From Octopus sinensis (lineage: Eukaryota): DNA of 64,000 bases. Below are positions 12,644-24,878 of the stretch, one piece after another. How positions within the stretch are numbered: position 1 is the stretch's first letter; each line of letters begins with the position of its first letter. Under the pieces are notes generated by a model that worked only from the letters and a program-made list of their open reading frames with translations, ran no database searches and was not told where the DNA came from. The position numbers and the translations under genes were made by a program. The stretch lies in the NCBI RefSeq assembly GCF_006345805.1, contig NC_043021.1, positions 2,108,001 to 2,172,000 of the forward strand, written 5' to 3'.

Positions 12644-13737
12644 ATATAGCACCCTTGGGGAAGTGTCCTCTATTATAGCCTCGGGCCAACCAAGTCCCCC
12701 CAACATCGCTTGACAACCGATGCCGGTGTGTTTGTGTCCCTGTAACTTAGCGGTTCGGCAAAACAGGTCGATAGAATAAGTGCTAGGCTTACAAAGAATA
12801 AGTCCGGGGGGGGGGGGAGGGCTTGATTTGCTCGACTAAAGGCGGTGCTCCAGCATGGCCGCAGTCAAATGACTGAAACAAGTAAAAGAGAAAGAGAGAG
12901 AGAGAATCTATCTGCTTATCTACATGTCTGTGTGCACGTACGTAAGCGTGTTATGTATGCATGTATGCATGCATGCATGTATGTATGTATATGTATGTAT
13001 GTATGTATGTACGTTTGTATGTGCGTTGGCAGCCACCCAGGGTACTTACGAAATGTGCCAAACACCCGTGAGTCAGGGTCCAGCTTTGGGACCGAAACCT
13101 TCCAGAATGATTCATGGTTCCCCTTCTCAACGTGAATCACTCCTTGTCCAGGACATTTTGGTTACAGAACCGACTGGCGACATGCCAAGAATGGTGTGGC
13201 CTGTAGAGGTGGCGATGGTGGCGGTGGTGGTTGGTTGTGTTGGTGACTGTGGTGGTGGTGGTGGTGGTGATAATGTCCTATGACTGATGGGTTGTGTAAT
13301 GCAAGCCTTTGGTGGCAGTGGTGGTGGTCTTGGTAATGTTGGTGGTGATGGGTATGGAAAGGATCTCACTTGTGGTAGCAGTGGCGGCGCCGGTGGTGGT
13401 GGTGGTGGTGGTGACGGTGACAGTGGTGGTGCTGGTTTTGGCAATCGTGATAGAGGTGCGTGGTGCAATGATGATGATGATGATAATGATGGTGATGATG
13501 ATAATGGTGGTGATGATGATGATGATGGTGGTGTTGATGGGGAGAGGTTGCAGTACGACCTGTAGCAGTCTCATATTGTTTGTCATTTTCCACTGATTCC
13601 CTCTGACATAACTGTCCCAGGAGGGGCAGAAGTGTGACTGTTAGTTAACGCATAGTTTTGTGAGTCAAACACAGCCAGTGTAGTGGTAGTAGTAGCAGTA
13701 GTAGTAGTAACTACTACTACTACTACTACTACTACTA

Positions 13738-13770
<33 letters not shown>

Positions 13771-14706
13771 AACGAACTATATACGTGCTGTCCAATGTTC
13801 TTCTGAAAAACGACGTTAGTGTGTGCGATTAGAAGGATTTTGGTCGATCCTTCTTGCATAGAGACGCACGAGGGGGAAGGAAGCGGAATCTTTGAGTACC
13901 GAGGGCGAAGAATCTGTGGATGCGCATGAGAATCTGGTGGTGGTGGCGGGGGAGGGGGAGGGGTGGTGAGGCAATTAACCTTATTGCTTGAAGAATTAGA
14001 GTAACAGAGGATAAATTCAATAACAGGTACAACGCTTACTCTCCGGACACCCATGCCCCGGGACCTCTTAGAATCCGCCCTTATTTACGAGTTCGAACTC
14101 GTAAACTTACCGTTCAGATTATTTTGTCAAATGTTACGCTTATTTATTCCCATTGTTTTGAATTAATCATGTATTTGTCTCGTAGCTTCGAGATTTCAGT
14201 GATGTGATTGTTTATTTTAAGAATGATATTGTAGGGTAGGTATGATAGGCCAGATACGGCCAGTTTAAACATAAACAGTACAGAGTATTTGGGCGGGATA
14301 TGACTGGATTAAATACTAAAGGTTTAAAGTCATATAGCAGCCAGACTATTTTACTGGTATCTCTAGAACATTTTGGTACCTTGTACAGTACAGTATTAAT
14401 AAACTTGTATCATTTATACTAATGTACAAGTATCTGTGTTTCATTTAATTATCTAAGTAAACATCATATTTGTTTAAATTTAGATTGCGACCAACTCTGG
14501 TTCGCAAAAATTTTTTGCGCATAAGCGCAGTTATTTCTCGTCTGCTTGTTTGAAAATTGATATTTACTTATAAAATATGGACGGCAGACGATATAAGCTA
14601 ACGAGATAATGAATGAGACGGTATAAGCGACGAGGTAAAGAGGGTCGAATCATTAAAAACGGAACGAGGTCGGCAGCGGAGAAGGCAAAATATGAATCGA
14701 AGAGAA

Positions 14707-14975
14707 ACCGATTTCCACTTATTCAGGTCTCTGCAGAATAGTCTTAATGGTAAAAACTTCAATTTCTTGGATGTCGTAAAAAGATACCTTGATGAATTCT
14801 TTGCCATGAAACCACCTCAGTTCTGGGATGAGGGTATTTTCAAGTTAAAGGAAAGATGGAGACGCATTGTGCAACAAAATGGTTCATATTTGGTTGATTA
14901 AAAATGTAATGGCAAGTATTCATTGACCTTTTTCTTTCCTTTAAAAATCGGCACGAACTTTCCGGACAACCCAAT
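14707..14975 (+). mobile_element. Mariner transposase 3' relic with terminal repeat end
   Basis: DFHLFRSLQNSLNGKNF...FKLKERWRRIVQQNGSYLVD*; ends CACGAACTTTCCGGACAACCCAATA; second copy at 46140-46411. Confidence 0.88.
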
Positions 14976-16104
14976 AATTGTAACGACTTTTTTCTTTTTC
15001 CTACATCACTTTGAAGTGGGTTCCACAAGACTAATTTGACTTTTGCATTCCGAGTTCAAACGTCGCCGAGGTCAACTTTGCCTTTCATCCCTTCGGGGTC
15101 GATAAAATAAGTACCGGCTTAGCAGCACAGAGATCGATACAATCAAGTATTCCCTTCTCCAAAATTTCAGCTCTTGTGTCTATAGTACAAAAGCTCATTA
15201 TATTTCCGCCATGAAAAATTCTCGTAATTTACAGTTGAGAGGTTACAACTAAACTTTATTGCTGGTACAGCTATAGTATCGATTCCTATTATTTTGTTTT
15301 TGGCATTTTTGCGATGTAGTTATAAGTTCTGGTCTGGTGAGTTTTTAGGGTCCTACATGGAACACAATCTATTTTGACAGCGTTCCGCTTTGTTTAAACG
15401 AATGGAATTTTTTTTCTCCCTTAAATATTTGTAAACCGGAAGTCCTTGGCCCCAATCACTTAGTTTATTTCTTTATTTAAAGTAATGTTGTTTCCGTGTA
15501 TATTTGAGTTATGTGTGTACGTGTGCGTTTATGTGTGTACGTGTGTATGTAATTGTGTGTAGGTGTCTATATGCTAGTGTGTATGTATATGTGCATGTGT
15601 ACGTTTGTATGTGTGCATTTGCGTGTATGTGTGTGTATGTGTTCGAGTGTATGTGTGTGTATGTGTTCGAGTGTATGTGTGTTTGTGTGTATATGTGTGT
15701 AAGCGTGTGTGTATGTACTAATGTGTACACACGTGTAATTGTATGTATGTGTGTGTGTGTACATATGAATGTGTGAGTGTACGCGTGTGTAATTGTATGT
15801 ATGTGTATGTGTGAATACATGTGAATGTGTTTGTACGTGTGTATATGTGTATGTGTGTACGTGTGTATGTATACGTGTATGTGTGAGTAGCTACGTGTGT
15901 ATGCGTTTATCTACGTACGTATACATATGTGTGTGTGTCTGTGTGTCCCATATACAATATTGACGCAATTCCCTTAAAATATTTTCCGGACCGAATATTT
16001 CCGGTGTAATTATTTTTCATTGAAAACCTTGTATTGTACATATATATAGTATGTATGTATGTATATGTTTATATATATATATATATAATATAATATATAT
16101 ATTA

Positions 16105-16139
<35 letters not shown>

Positions 16140-16199
16140 TATATATATATATATATATATATCATACATATATATATATATATATATTATATATATTAT

Positions 16200-16247
<48 letters not shown>

Positions 16248-16319
16248 ACATATATATATATATATATATATAATAGATTATAATATATATATATATATAT
16301 ATATGTATATGTAACTTAA

Positions 16320-18035
16320 TTAGAATAACTTAGAAAGGTTTTGGCCAGTATTGGCCAGGCCATGTCTAACTTAATAGCACCACCTGGTGAAGTCTTTCAG
16401 TTCAGGATTTGGGCACCAAGGCCCATTCGAGCAGAGAGTTATTGTTTGCGGAGACATATCCGGGTTGTGGGTGGTTTGTCCGGTACTGTTTGTAGGAATT
16501 TGTCCAAAGACTTCTTGAATTTTGTGTGGTCAGTTTCTTTTTTGACGTGCCCTGGTGTAATGTGAAGAGAGCAGGTCCAATTGAGGTGAAATAGTTGTGG
16601 CCGTATTGTCGTTATGTGATGCGATTTAGATTTTTGTTGTGGACGGATGGCACGTGGTCCAAGCCTTGGATGCATTTTGAAGGTGATGCCAACATCATTC
16701 GGACAGTGCTGGTGGAATATTTTCCACATCATACAGATAATGTAGCGTTCACGGCGTTGGTGTGTTGGAGTGAATACAATTTCAGCTTCTCTAGTCTACC
16801 CCAGTAGTCAAGGTCTGACATGCCATCTATCTTTTTTGTGATTGACCTTAGGGGAGCTTCAATTCTCATAATATTTTGTTTTGTGTAGGGAGACCACAGT
16901 GGACAGCAGTATTCAAGGTGGGGTCGGGCAAAAGTGGAGAAGAGAAGGATAATAGCGTGTGAATCTCTCAACTGGAAGGTTCTGAGAATCCAGGAACACA
17001 TTCTGCGGGCCATGTCAACTTTGCTGCTTATATGGTAGCCCAGCTTATGTTGTTGTCCACTGTTACTCCCAGGTCTCTGATGTTGTTGGATGCCATGAGA
17101 ATTTCTCCAGAAGGAAGAAGAGAGTATGGGAGTTTCAGAGCGTCCTCAAATTTGTCTTCATTTAGCAACATGTATTCTTTTCCGCCCATTGGACAACAGC
17201 CAGTAGGTCTGACTGAAGGTTTTATTTGGTCATCCACGCCATTGATGACCTTCTGGAGCTTGGAGTCATCAGCGAAGGTTCTGATGTTACTGTGTTTGAT
17301 GGTATCAGTAATATCATTTATGTAGATGATGAAGAGAAGTGGGCCCAACACAGTGCCTTGTGGGGACAACACTGCTGACTTTGGCTGGGCTGGATTTGAC
17401 TCCTTCGACTACAACATGTTGGGTTCTGTTAGACAGGAAGCACTTGATCCACTGCAGCAACTTTCCAGTGACACCAATATTGGACAGCTTTCTCAGAAGG
17501 ATCTTATGATCAACCCTGTCAAAGGCCTTGCTGAAATCAAGGTAGATGACATCAGTGTTGGAACCTTCTCCCAAGGCTCTCAAAATGTCATCAAAATGAT
17601 GCAGTAGCTGCGTCAGGCAATCTCTCCCATTACGGAATCCATGCTGGTTGGGGGGTTCAGCATATTATGCCTCTCAAGGAAGTGAGTCATACGCGATCTC
17701 AGCACCCTCTCAAATACCTTGATGATATGAGAGGTGAGTGAGATTGGACGGTAATTCACGGCAAGCGATTTGTTTCCTTTTTTTGAAAACTGGATGGGGA
17801 CAACAGACTGGATAGAAGGTCCTCTGGTATATATCCAGCATCCAGTGAGTTCCCCACAGATTGGCTAGGGGTGTGCAAGTTGGTTTTGACACATCTTCAA
17901 GACACAAGCAGGGAACCTATCGGGACCTACTGCTGAATTATGCTTCATTTCCTTTATTGCTGCTAAGACATCAGGAGCGCCAAATGTTATGACCGATAAA
18001 GTGTATTGGGGAGTAACATCACTGATACAGCCCAC
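16320..18035 (-). mobile_element. CR1/L2-like LINE reverse-transcriptase relic (frameshifted)
   Basis: Pieces SAVGPDRFPACVLK, VIYLDFSKAFDRVDH, PQGTVLGPLLFIIYIND, FADDSKL, RPHLEYCCPLWSP; (TA)n on both flanks. Confidence 0.93.
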
Positions 18036-18095
18036 ATATATATATAATATATATATATATGTTACATATATATATATATATATATGTATATACAT

Positions 18096-18158
<63 letters not shown>

Positions 18159-18243
18159 TATATATAATATATATATATATATGTGTGTATATATATATAT
18201 TATATAATATATATATAATCATATATATATGTATGTATATATA

Positions 18244-18289
<46 letters not shown>

Positions 18290-19680
18290 ATCTATATATA
18301 TATATAAAACATGTATATAATTATAAAATTATAATAAGGGCAACTACCGAGTAATGCCACATGCTAGAAGAAACGCCAGATGCCTCTAAAACGACCTTTT
18401 GGTATTATTTTTTTTACCTAAATGGTTTTTTACATGCTAGTTACTTGCTTTTATCCTCGATTATAATTTATATATATGTATGTATGTATGTATATATGTA
18501 TGTATGTATGTGTGTGTGTTTTTGTGTGTCTGTGTTTATCCCCCAAACATCGCTTGACAATCGATGTTGGTGTGTTTACGTCCTCATAACATAGCGGCTC
18601 GGCAAAAGACACCGATACAATAAGTACTAGTCTTACAAAGAATAAGTCCTAGGAGCGATTTGTCCGACTAAAGGTCGTGCTCCAGCATGGCCGCATTCAA
18701 ATGACTGAAATAAATAAAAGAATAAAAGAATGTGTATGCGTGTGTGTCTTTGTGTCTATGTTCACCCCTCCCCCCACACCGCAGCTTGACAACCGATGCT
18801 GGTGTGTTTACATCCACGTGATCTAGCGGTTCGGCAAATGAGACTGATAAAATAAATATCAGGGTTCGATTCGTTTGACTAAAATTCTTCAGGACGATGC
18901 CCCAGTATGGCCGTACGTTAATGACCGAAACAAGTAAAAAAAACAAAAGATATATCGTTTAACTTTTCTTTTTTTTTTTTGCAGTCATTGGATAGCGGCC
19001 ATGCTGGGGCACCTCACCAAATGGTTATGTCAAACAAAACGATGCCAGTACTTACGCATTATTGAAGCCTGGCATTTATTCTATCGGTTACTTTTGCCGA
19101 ACTGTTAGGTCATGAGGTCGTAAACGAACCAACATCGATTGTCAAGCGAAGGTGGGGGACAAACACAGACACAAAGACAGATATACATACATATATTTAT
19201 AATTATTATTATTATTATTATTATTGTTGTTAACATATAGTTCAGTTGAATGGCGGAATACTTAAAATGCCGGACAAAATGCCTGCGGTATGCTTTTACG
19301 GCTTTTTACTTCCATGATCAAATCTTGTCGAAGTTTAACTTGGCTGTTCATTCTTCTGGGTGTGCCAAAATAAATTCTCAGTCAAAAATTTTTATCAATT
19401 TAATATTCATATCTAGATCCGAGAAGAATTATAATAGGGGACTTCTCGGTAAGACATCTTAACGGAAGGAGACAAAATCATGTCGGTTCTTCGAAAAATT
19501 CACGACAAAATTTCTTTTGTTTGAGATCTCATTTCCACTGTTCTTCAGTCACGAAAACATCTTTTGATATTCCGACAATTCTTTTTGTTTGAAAAAATAA
19601 AAAAAAAGAAAAGTTTTTATAGCAATATATTTGTTTTATTATTTTTGTTTACGTATTTACTTCCGACATCAGACAAAACA

Positions 19681-19780
19681 NNNNNNNNNNNNNNNNNNNN
19701 NNNNNNNNNNNNNNNNNNNNNNNNNNNNNNNNNNNNNNNNNNNNNNNNNNNNNNNNNNNNNNNNNNNNNNNNNNNNNNNN
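19681..19780. other. Assembly gap (100 N placeholder)
   Basis: Run of exactly 100 N that cuts legumain exon 5. Confidence 1.
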
Positions 19781-19855
19781 TATTCTGAAGGAAATGCGAC
19801 AATTCCGGGTGCTCCGTGATCAGCAAAATACACGAAGACGTTGTCTTGGGGTCCA
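19781..19855 (-). CDS. LGMN: Legumain coding exon 5, cut by the gap; contains the catalytic His motif
   Basis: ctatccag acceptor, (S)[24 protein letters not shown] then N run. Confidence 0.95.
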
Positions 19856-19859
19856 CTGG

Positions 19860-19884
19860 ATAGATAGATGGGTAGATAGTTAGT

Positions 19885-19962
<78 letters not shown>

Positions 19963-20015
19963 TATAGATAGATAGATGTAGATAGATAGATAGATAGATG
20001 GGTAGATATATATAT

Positions 20016-20058
<43 letters not shown>

Positions 20059-20154
20059 GGTGACAGAGATACAAACAGACAGACAGACAGACAGACTGAC
20101 AGACGACAGACAGACAGACAGACAGACAGATAGACAGATAGATAGTAGATAGAC

Positions 20155-20202
<48 letters not shown>

Positions 20203-20262
20203 TAGATAGATAGATAGATAGATAGATAGAGATAGATAGAAGATAGATAGATAGATAGATCA
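19860..20262. repeat. (GATA)n/(GACA)n/(GA)n compound microsatellite
   Basis: Direct reading. Confidence 0.95.
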
Positions 20263-20407
20263 TTATATTTTATATTACGCAGGTGTACTTGCATAGCAAG
20301 TGACCTGATCTGAGATCGTGTGCTGAAACAAAAACAATTGCAGCGTGGAAGGTGTTTATAAGCCATTTAAGAAACACACGAAAACCGTTAGATCCACTTC
20401 AACATTT

Positions 20408-20534
20408 AAATTTAATTTGCCAAAATATTTTCGTCGCTTTGAGACCGCGACCTGTTCACTGATGCAGCACAAAATTTTGTCAGTGAACAGGTCGCGGTCT
20501 CAAAGCGACGAAAATATTTTGAGAAATTAAATTT
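20408..20534. repeat. 55-bp inverted repeat with 17-nt loop; one arm recurs at ~60325-60455
   Basis: 20408-20462 vs 20480-20534: 53 of 55 positions complementary. Confidence 0.9.
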
Positions 20535-20592
20535 GAATGTATATTTTACATTGTTCTGTTAAAATACATTACGTATTATGTATTCTATAATA

Positions 20593-21397
20593 TACGAGGT
20601 ATGTATGAAAAGTTTTCAGCCTTCAAGACTTTTGAGCCTTCAAGGACTTTGAGCCTTCAAGGTCTTTGAGCCTGCAAGGACTTTGGGCCTGCAAGGCCTT
20701 TGAGCCTGCAAGGACTTTGGGCCTTCAAGGCTTTTGAGCCTTCAAGGACTTTGGGCCTTCAAGGCCTTTGAGCCTGCAAGGACTTTGGGCCTTCAAGGCC
20801 TTTGAGTCGGCAAGGACTTTGGGCCTTCAAGGCCTTTGAGCCTGCAAGGACTTTGGGCCTTCAAGGCTTTTGAGCCTTCAAGGACTTTGGGCCTTCAAGG
20901 CCTTTGAGCCTGCAAGGACTTTGGGCCTTCAAGGCCTTTGAACCTTCAAGGCTTTTGAGCCTTCAAGGCCTTTGAGCCTTCAAGGCCTTTGAACCTTCAA
21001 GGCCTTTGAGCCATCAAGGCCTTTGAACCTTCAAGGCCTTTGAGCCTTCAAGGCCTTTGAACCTTCAAGGCCTTTGAGCCTTCAAAGCTTTTGAGCCTTC
21101 AAGGCCTTTGAGCCTGCAAGGACTTTGAACCTTCAAGGCCTTTGAACCTTCAAGGCCTTTGAGCCTGCAAGGCTTTTGAGCCTTCAAGGCCTTTGAGCCT
21201 TCAAGGTCTTTGAGCCTTCAAGGCCTTTGAACCTTCAAGGCCTTTGAACCTTCAAGGCCTTTGAGCCTTCAAGGCCTTTGAGCCTCAAGGCCTTTGAACC
21301 TTCACGGCCTTTGAACCTTAAAGTCATGTACCTTCATCGGAAGTCTTGAGCCATATTTTGCTTTTTGAGGCTCAAGCCTTTTCATACACCCCTCGTA
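20593..21397. mobile_element. Mariner-type MITE (TA-flanked ~28-bp TIRs) filled by a 17-bp tandem satellite (~40 units)
   Basis: Left TA-CGAGGTATGTATGAAAAGTTTTCAGCCT; right end reverse complement TA-CGAGGGGTGTATGAAAAGGCTTGAGCCT; internal unit GAGCCTTCAAGGCCTTT. Confidence 0.82.
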
Positions 21398-21539
21398 AGA
21401 ACACATATTGAAAAGTATATTGATAAAAATATAGCCGCAATACATTTTGATCGTAGGTCTACTGGGTTAGACTAGGCGTGGCCTGTGGTTAAACAACAAC
21501 AGTAAAATCGAAGAATTCGATGGAATCTATTTGACTCAC

Positions 21540-21625
21540 CTGGCAATAACTTTACCGCTGCCATGGCCATTCAGGGCCTCTTTCTTGCCTTGGAGGACGT
21601 TCAGGAAAACACTTGGGGTCACATC
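21540..21625 (-). CDS. LGMN: Legumain coding exon 4
   Basis: tattcag acceptor, DVTPSVFLNVLQGKKEALNGHGSGKVIA(S), gtgagt donor. Confidence 0.96.
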
Positions 21626-22068
21626 CTGAATAAATACATACATATTTATTATATTTGCTATATTATACCATTAGAGCGCTAACAATGTACAGAAGCGCAC
21701 GGTGACCAGCGACGTATGACAATATTTGGTGGTCTGGTCGACACAGTGACATAAATACGTATGTGTGTGCGTGCGTGCGTGCGTGCTTGTGTGCGTTCGT
21801 GTGTGGGGGGAGCGTGTGTGTGTGTTTGTGTATAAGCGGAGCAGGAACATACACGAGGACGGAAAGTGCCGCTGAAGAGGTCACAGATGTGTGGTAAAAG
21901 ATTTCGGGCAATGGACATCAGTTAGAATAAGAACAGTAAGAAACGAGTGAAGAACGAATATATAGTGCGTGTGTGTATTTGGCAAAAACAAAAATGGCCC
22001 ACCCGAAATACAACAAATATATGTGTGTGTGTGTGTGTGTGTGTGCGTATGTGTGTGTGCGTATGTGT

Positions 22069-22136
<68 letters not shown>

Positions 22137-22464
22137 ATTCATAAATCAGAGGGGAGAGTTCTACATACTAAATACAGATGCGGCAGTGACTTGCATATAT
22201 ATATAATAGACTGAGTGGGAGTTTTTGTCCAGCGAGTGCATGGATAATCTCAGTTGATCTCAGTTCTTCAGCTTCCTCCATTTCATGTGTTAGTAGGGCC
22301 TACCATCTCCTTTCTGAGAAATATCACATTCCTCCATGTCTTCACGATAAAATCCTGTTACAAACTCCAACAAAAATAACTGTGTGCGCGCGCACCTATG
22401 TACCGAGTATGAGTGGGAGTTGTGCATTTGTGTGCACGTGCAGATGTATTGCGTGTGTGTGTGA

Positions 22465-22495
<31 letters not shown>

Positions 22496-23312
22496 GAACA
22501 ATCTTACTTAGAAATGGATGCGTGCGTTCCGTCATATAATTTTATTTAATTTGATTTTCGCGGGAAGGAAATTTTCATTGAAGACATGTATCGCCTTGAC
22601 CTTCGAAACGTGGAGTAGATGAAACAAAGGCGACTGAAGAAGGGGAATTTTCCTTGTTTTGTATGTCCTGTACTCTATTTTTTCGTCGTTTAAAAGAAAT
22701 GTCCATTTCCTTGGTTTTGTGTTTATGTTTTCGTTTCTCAGTGTGTTCGACGTTTTTTTTGGTGTCCTGTACCCATATATGCATGTATATATACATGTAG
22801 AGGTAGGTACGTACATATATGGATGTATATATGCATATGTTTTATTTATTAATTTATATATATATATATATATATATATATGAGCAAAACGCCCCCCGTC
22901 CAATGAATAAAAAGCAATCAGTATTTTCTTTTCAATAAGAAATCGTAGTATCGATCAAACAGCTGATGTACTTGCACGTACAAATGCACATTCCCACGGC
23001 TTTATCGATCGCATTCTCACCTGGAATCGATTTTTGTAATTTTTTCAAGACTTATACACGGCCTGATACCGTCTGTATCTACATATCAAATTTGAGCGCA
23101 ATCGGATGGAGGATGCCCGAGATCCTAGAAGACAGACAGACAGACAGACAGAACGGATCTTATATAATATATATATATATATATATATATGGGCGTGCGC
23201 TTGTGTGCGCGCGCACGTGTTGCGTGTATTACAAGTGTGTTTGTGCGCGCGCACCTGTGTTGTGTGTATGCATGGGTGCGTATTTGTGCGTGGGCTGTAC
23301 TAAAGTACTCAC

Positions 23313-23394
23313 ATCTCCAGTGTAATCCTTTGGTACTCCTTCGTAGACGTTGACACCGTTCGGTTTGTTGATTACTTTACCTGGCTCTGGGTTC
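23313..23394 (-). CDS. LGMN: Legumain coding exon 3
   Basis: [31 protein letters not shown] bounded, phase consistent with neighbours. Confidence 0.97.
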
Positions 23395-23759
23395 CTGTAA
23401 TAGAGATGAGGACGCGTTATTTAACTTCTAAGGGAAGGTCGCGGTGGGAGCACTGTCAATGTTTACTCGTAAACGCTGCCGAGAGCGACAGCCTAGAGTA
23501 AAAGCAGGGGTCGTATAGAGCAGGGGTCGTATAGAGCAGGTATGATAACCCTTTTCGAGAAGAGGGCTGCATGACACATGGCGCATCATCAGGTGGGCCG
23601 CACTACTGAAATAATTCAAGGTAATTTTTTGTTTGGCGTGCCATTCAGAAAGTCCCGCGGGCCGCAGTTTGCTCATGACTGGTGTAGAATAAGAGTAAGG
23701 GTACCGTAGTTCAAATACGGAGGTGGAATAGAATAAGAATGGAGATGCAGTGGAGTAAA

Positions 23760-24125
23760 ATTAGATGTAGTGTAGAGTGGGAGTGGAGGTAGAGTGGAGT
23801 GGGAGTGGAGGTAGAGTGGAGTGAAAGTGGAGTAGTGTGGAGCGAGTGTAGGTAGTGTAGAGTGAGAGTGGAGGTAGAGTGGAGTGAAAGTGGAGTAGTG
23901 TGGAGCGACTGTAGGTAGTGTAGAGTGAGAGTGGAGGTAGAGTGGAGTGAAAGTGGAGTAGCGTGGAGAGAGTGTAGGTAGAGTGGAGTGAAAGTGGAGT
24001 AGTGTGGAGCGAGTGTAGGTAGTGTAGAGTGAGAGTGGAGGTAGAGTGGAGTGAAAGTGGAGTAGTGTGGAGCGAGTGTGGGTAGTGTAGAGTGAGAGAG
24101 GAGGTAAGGTGGAGTAGAGTGGAGC
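23760..24125. repeat. 63-bp minisatellite built from GAGTG-like pentamers (~4.5 units)
   Basis: Unit starts at 23811, 23874, 23937, 23978 (after one short unit) and 24041. Confidence 0.85.
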
Positions 24126-24195
24126 GAATTTCGCCCGGCGTGCTACCGTTTCTGCCAGCTCGCCGCCTTTCTCTTTTCCCTCTGTCCCCCTATAT

Positions 24196-24381
24196 CAGTG
24201 CTCCGCAACCGGTATGTCGCGGCACATTGGTGTGCCACGAGACGATGCTAAGTGTGCCGCAGTGTAACCTGAATATAATTTCTTCCCTATACCTTTAGTT
24301 ATATTTTTAGCTCAGGTGTGCCGCCGAATTTTGAAAAGAATATAAGTGTGCCGCAAGTGAACAAACGGTTGCGGAACACTG
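24196..24381. mobile_element. hAT-type MITE; a second hAT end begins at 24390
   Basis: TIRs CAGTGCTCCGCAACC / GGTTGCGGAACACTG; 8-bp flanks CCCTATAT / GCCTAGAT. Confidence 0.7.
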
Positions 24382-24481
24382 GCCTAGATCAGTGGCTCTC
24401 AACCATTTTTGTCAGTGGGCCCCATTGATACCCCTTCCCGGTAGCTTGGAGACAGAAATGACGGAAGAACGTGTGCCTTAC

Positions 24482-24579
24482 ATGCGGTTGTTTGCGATAT
24501 CATCGTACATCATGACCACGATTCTTTCGTCTGGAATTCCATTCTTGTGCAGAACTTGGTAGGCGTGGCAGATGTCAGC
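24482..24579 (-). CDS. LGMN: Legumain coding exon 2
   Basis: [32 protein letters not shown](M), AG/GT bounded. Confidence 0.98.
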
Positions 24580-24584
24580 CTGCA

Positions 24585-24617
<33 letters not shown>

Positions 24618-24860
24618 CGAGAACTGTTCCTGTTATTGTGGGTGCCCTGGGTATGATAAGAAAGGCATGTCAAAAACATCAACATAACATCCCAGGAGAA
24701 CTGTGTCTCAGAGAAATCCAAAAGATTGTACTGATAAGTACTGCTCACATCCTTAGAAAGATCGTATCAATTTAGATATATGCGTTGTATCTCTTATCCT
24801 TCACTCCCACTAGGACGCTAGGTATGTCTCGGCAAGTGATTGTAACTAACATGCAGGTTA
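24618..24860 (+). mobile_element. R4/Dong-clade non-LTR retrotransposon 3' end, flanked by (TAA)n
   Basis: 24623-24775 reads [50 protein letters not shown], resembling R4/Dong C-termini; (TAA)n on both sides. Confidence 0.7.
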
Positions 24861-24878
24861 CAAATAAATAAATGAATA

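Noticed and set aside
13795-14070. GC-richer stretch with 67-95-aa ORFs
   Set aside because: Stops in plausible frames, no recognisable domain, no consistent splice sites
20475-20520. CAGTGAA...AAAGCGAC as a hammerhead variant
   Set aside because: A closing helix exists but the core deviates at several invariant positions in all three copies
20620-21330. Regular palindromic repeats resembling a CRISPR array
   Set aside because: Contiguous 17-bp tandem units with no unique spacers, in a eukaryotic intron
22311-22361. AG/GT-bounded segment GFYREDMEECDISQKGD in a legumain intron
   Set aside because: No legumain similarity; flanking exons already join in phase; weak acceptor
22580-22660. CTGAAGA and CGAAACG motifs as a hammerhead
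   Set aside because: Motif order and pairing do not give stems I and II around a core
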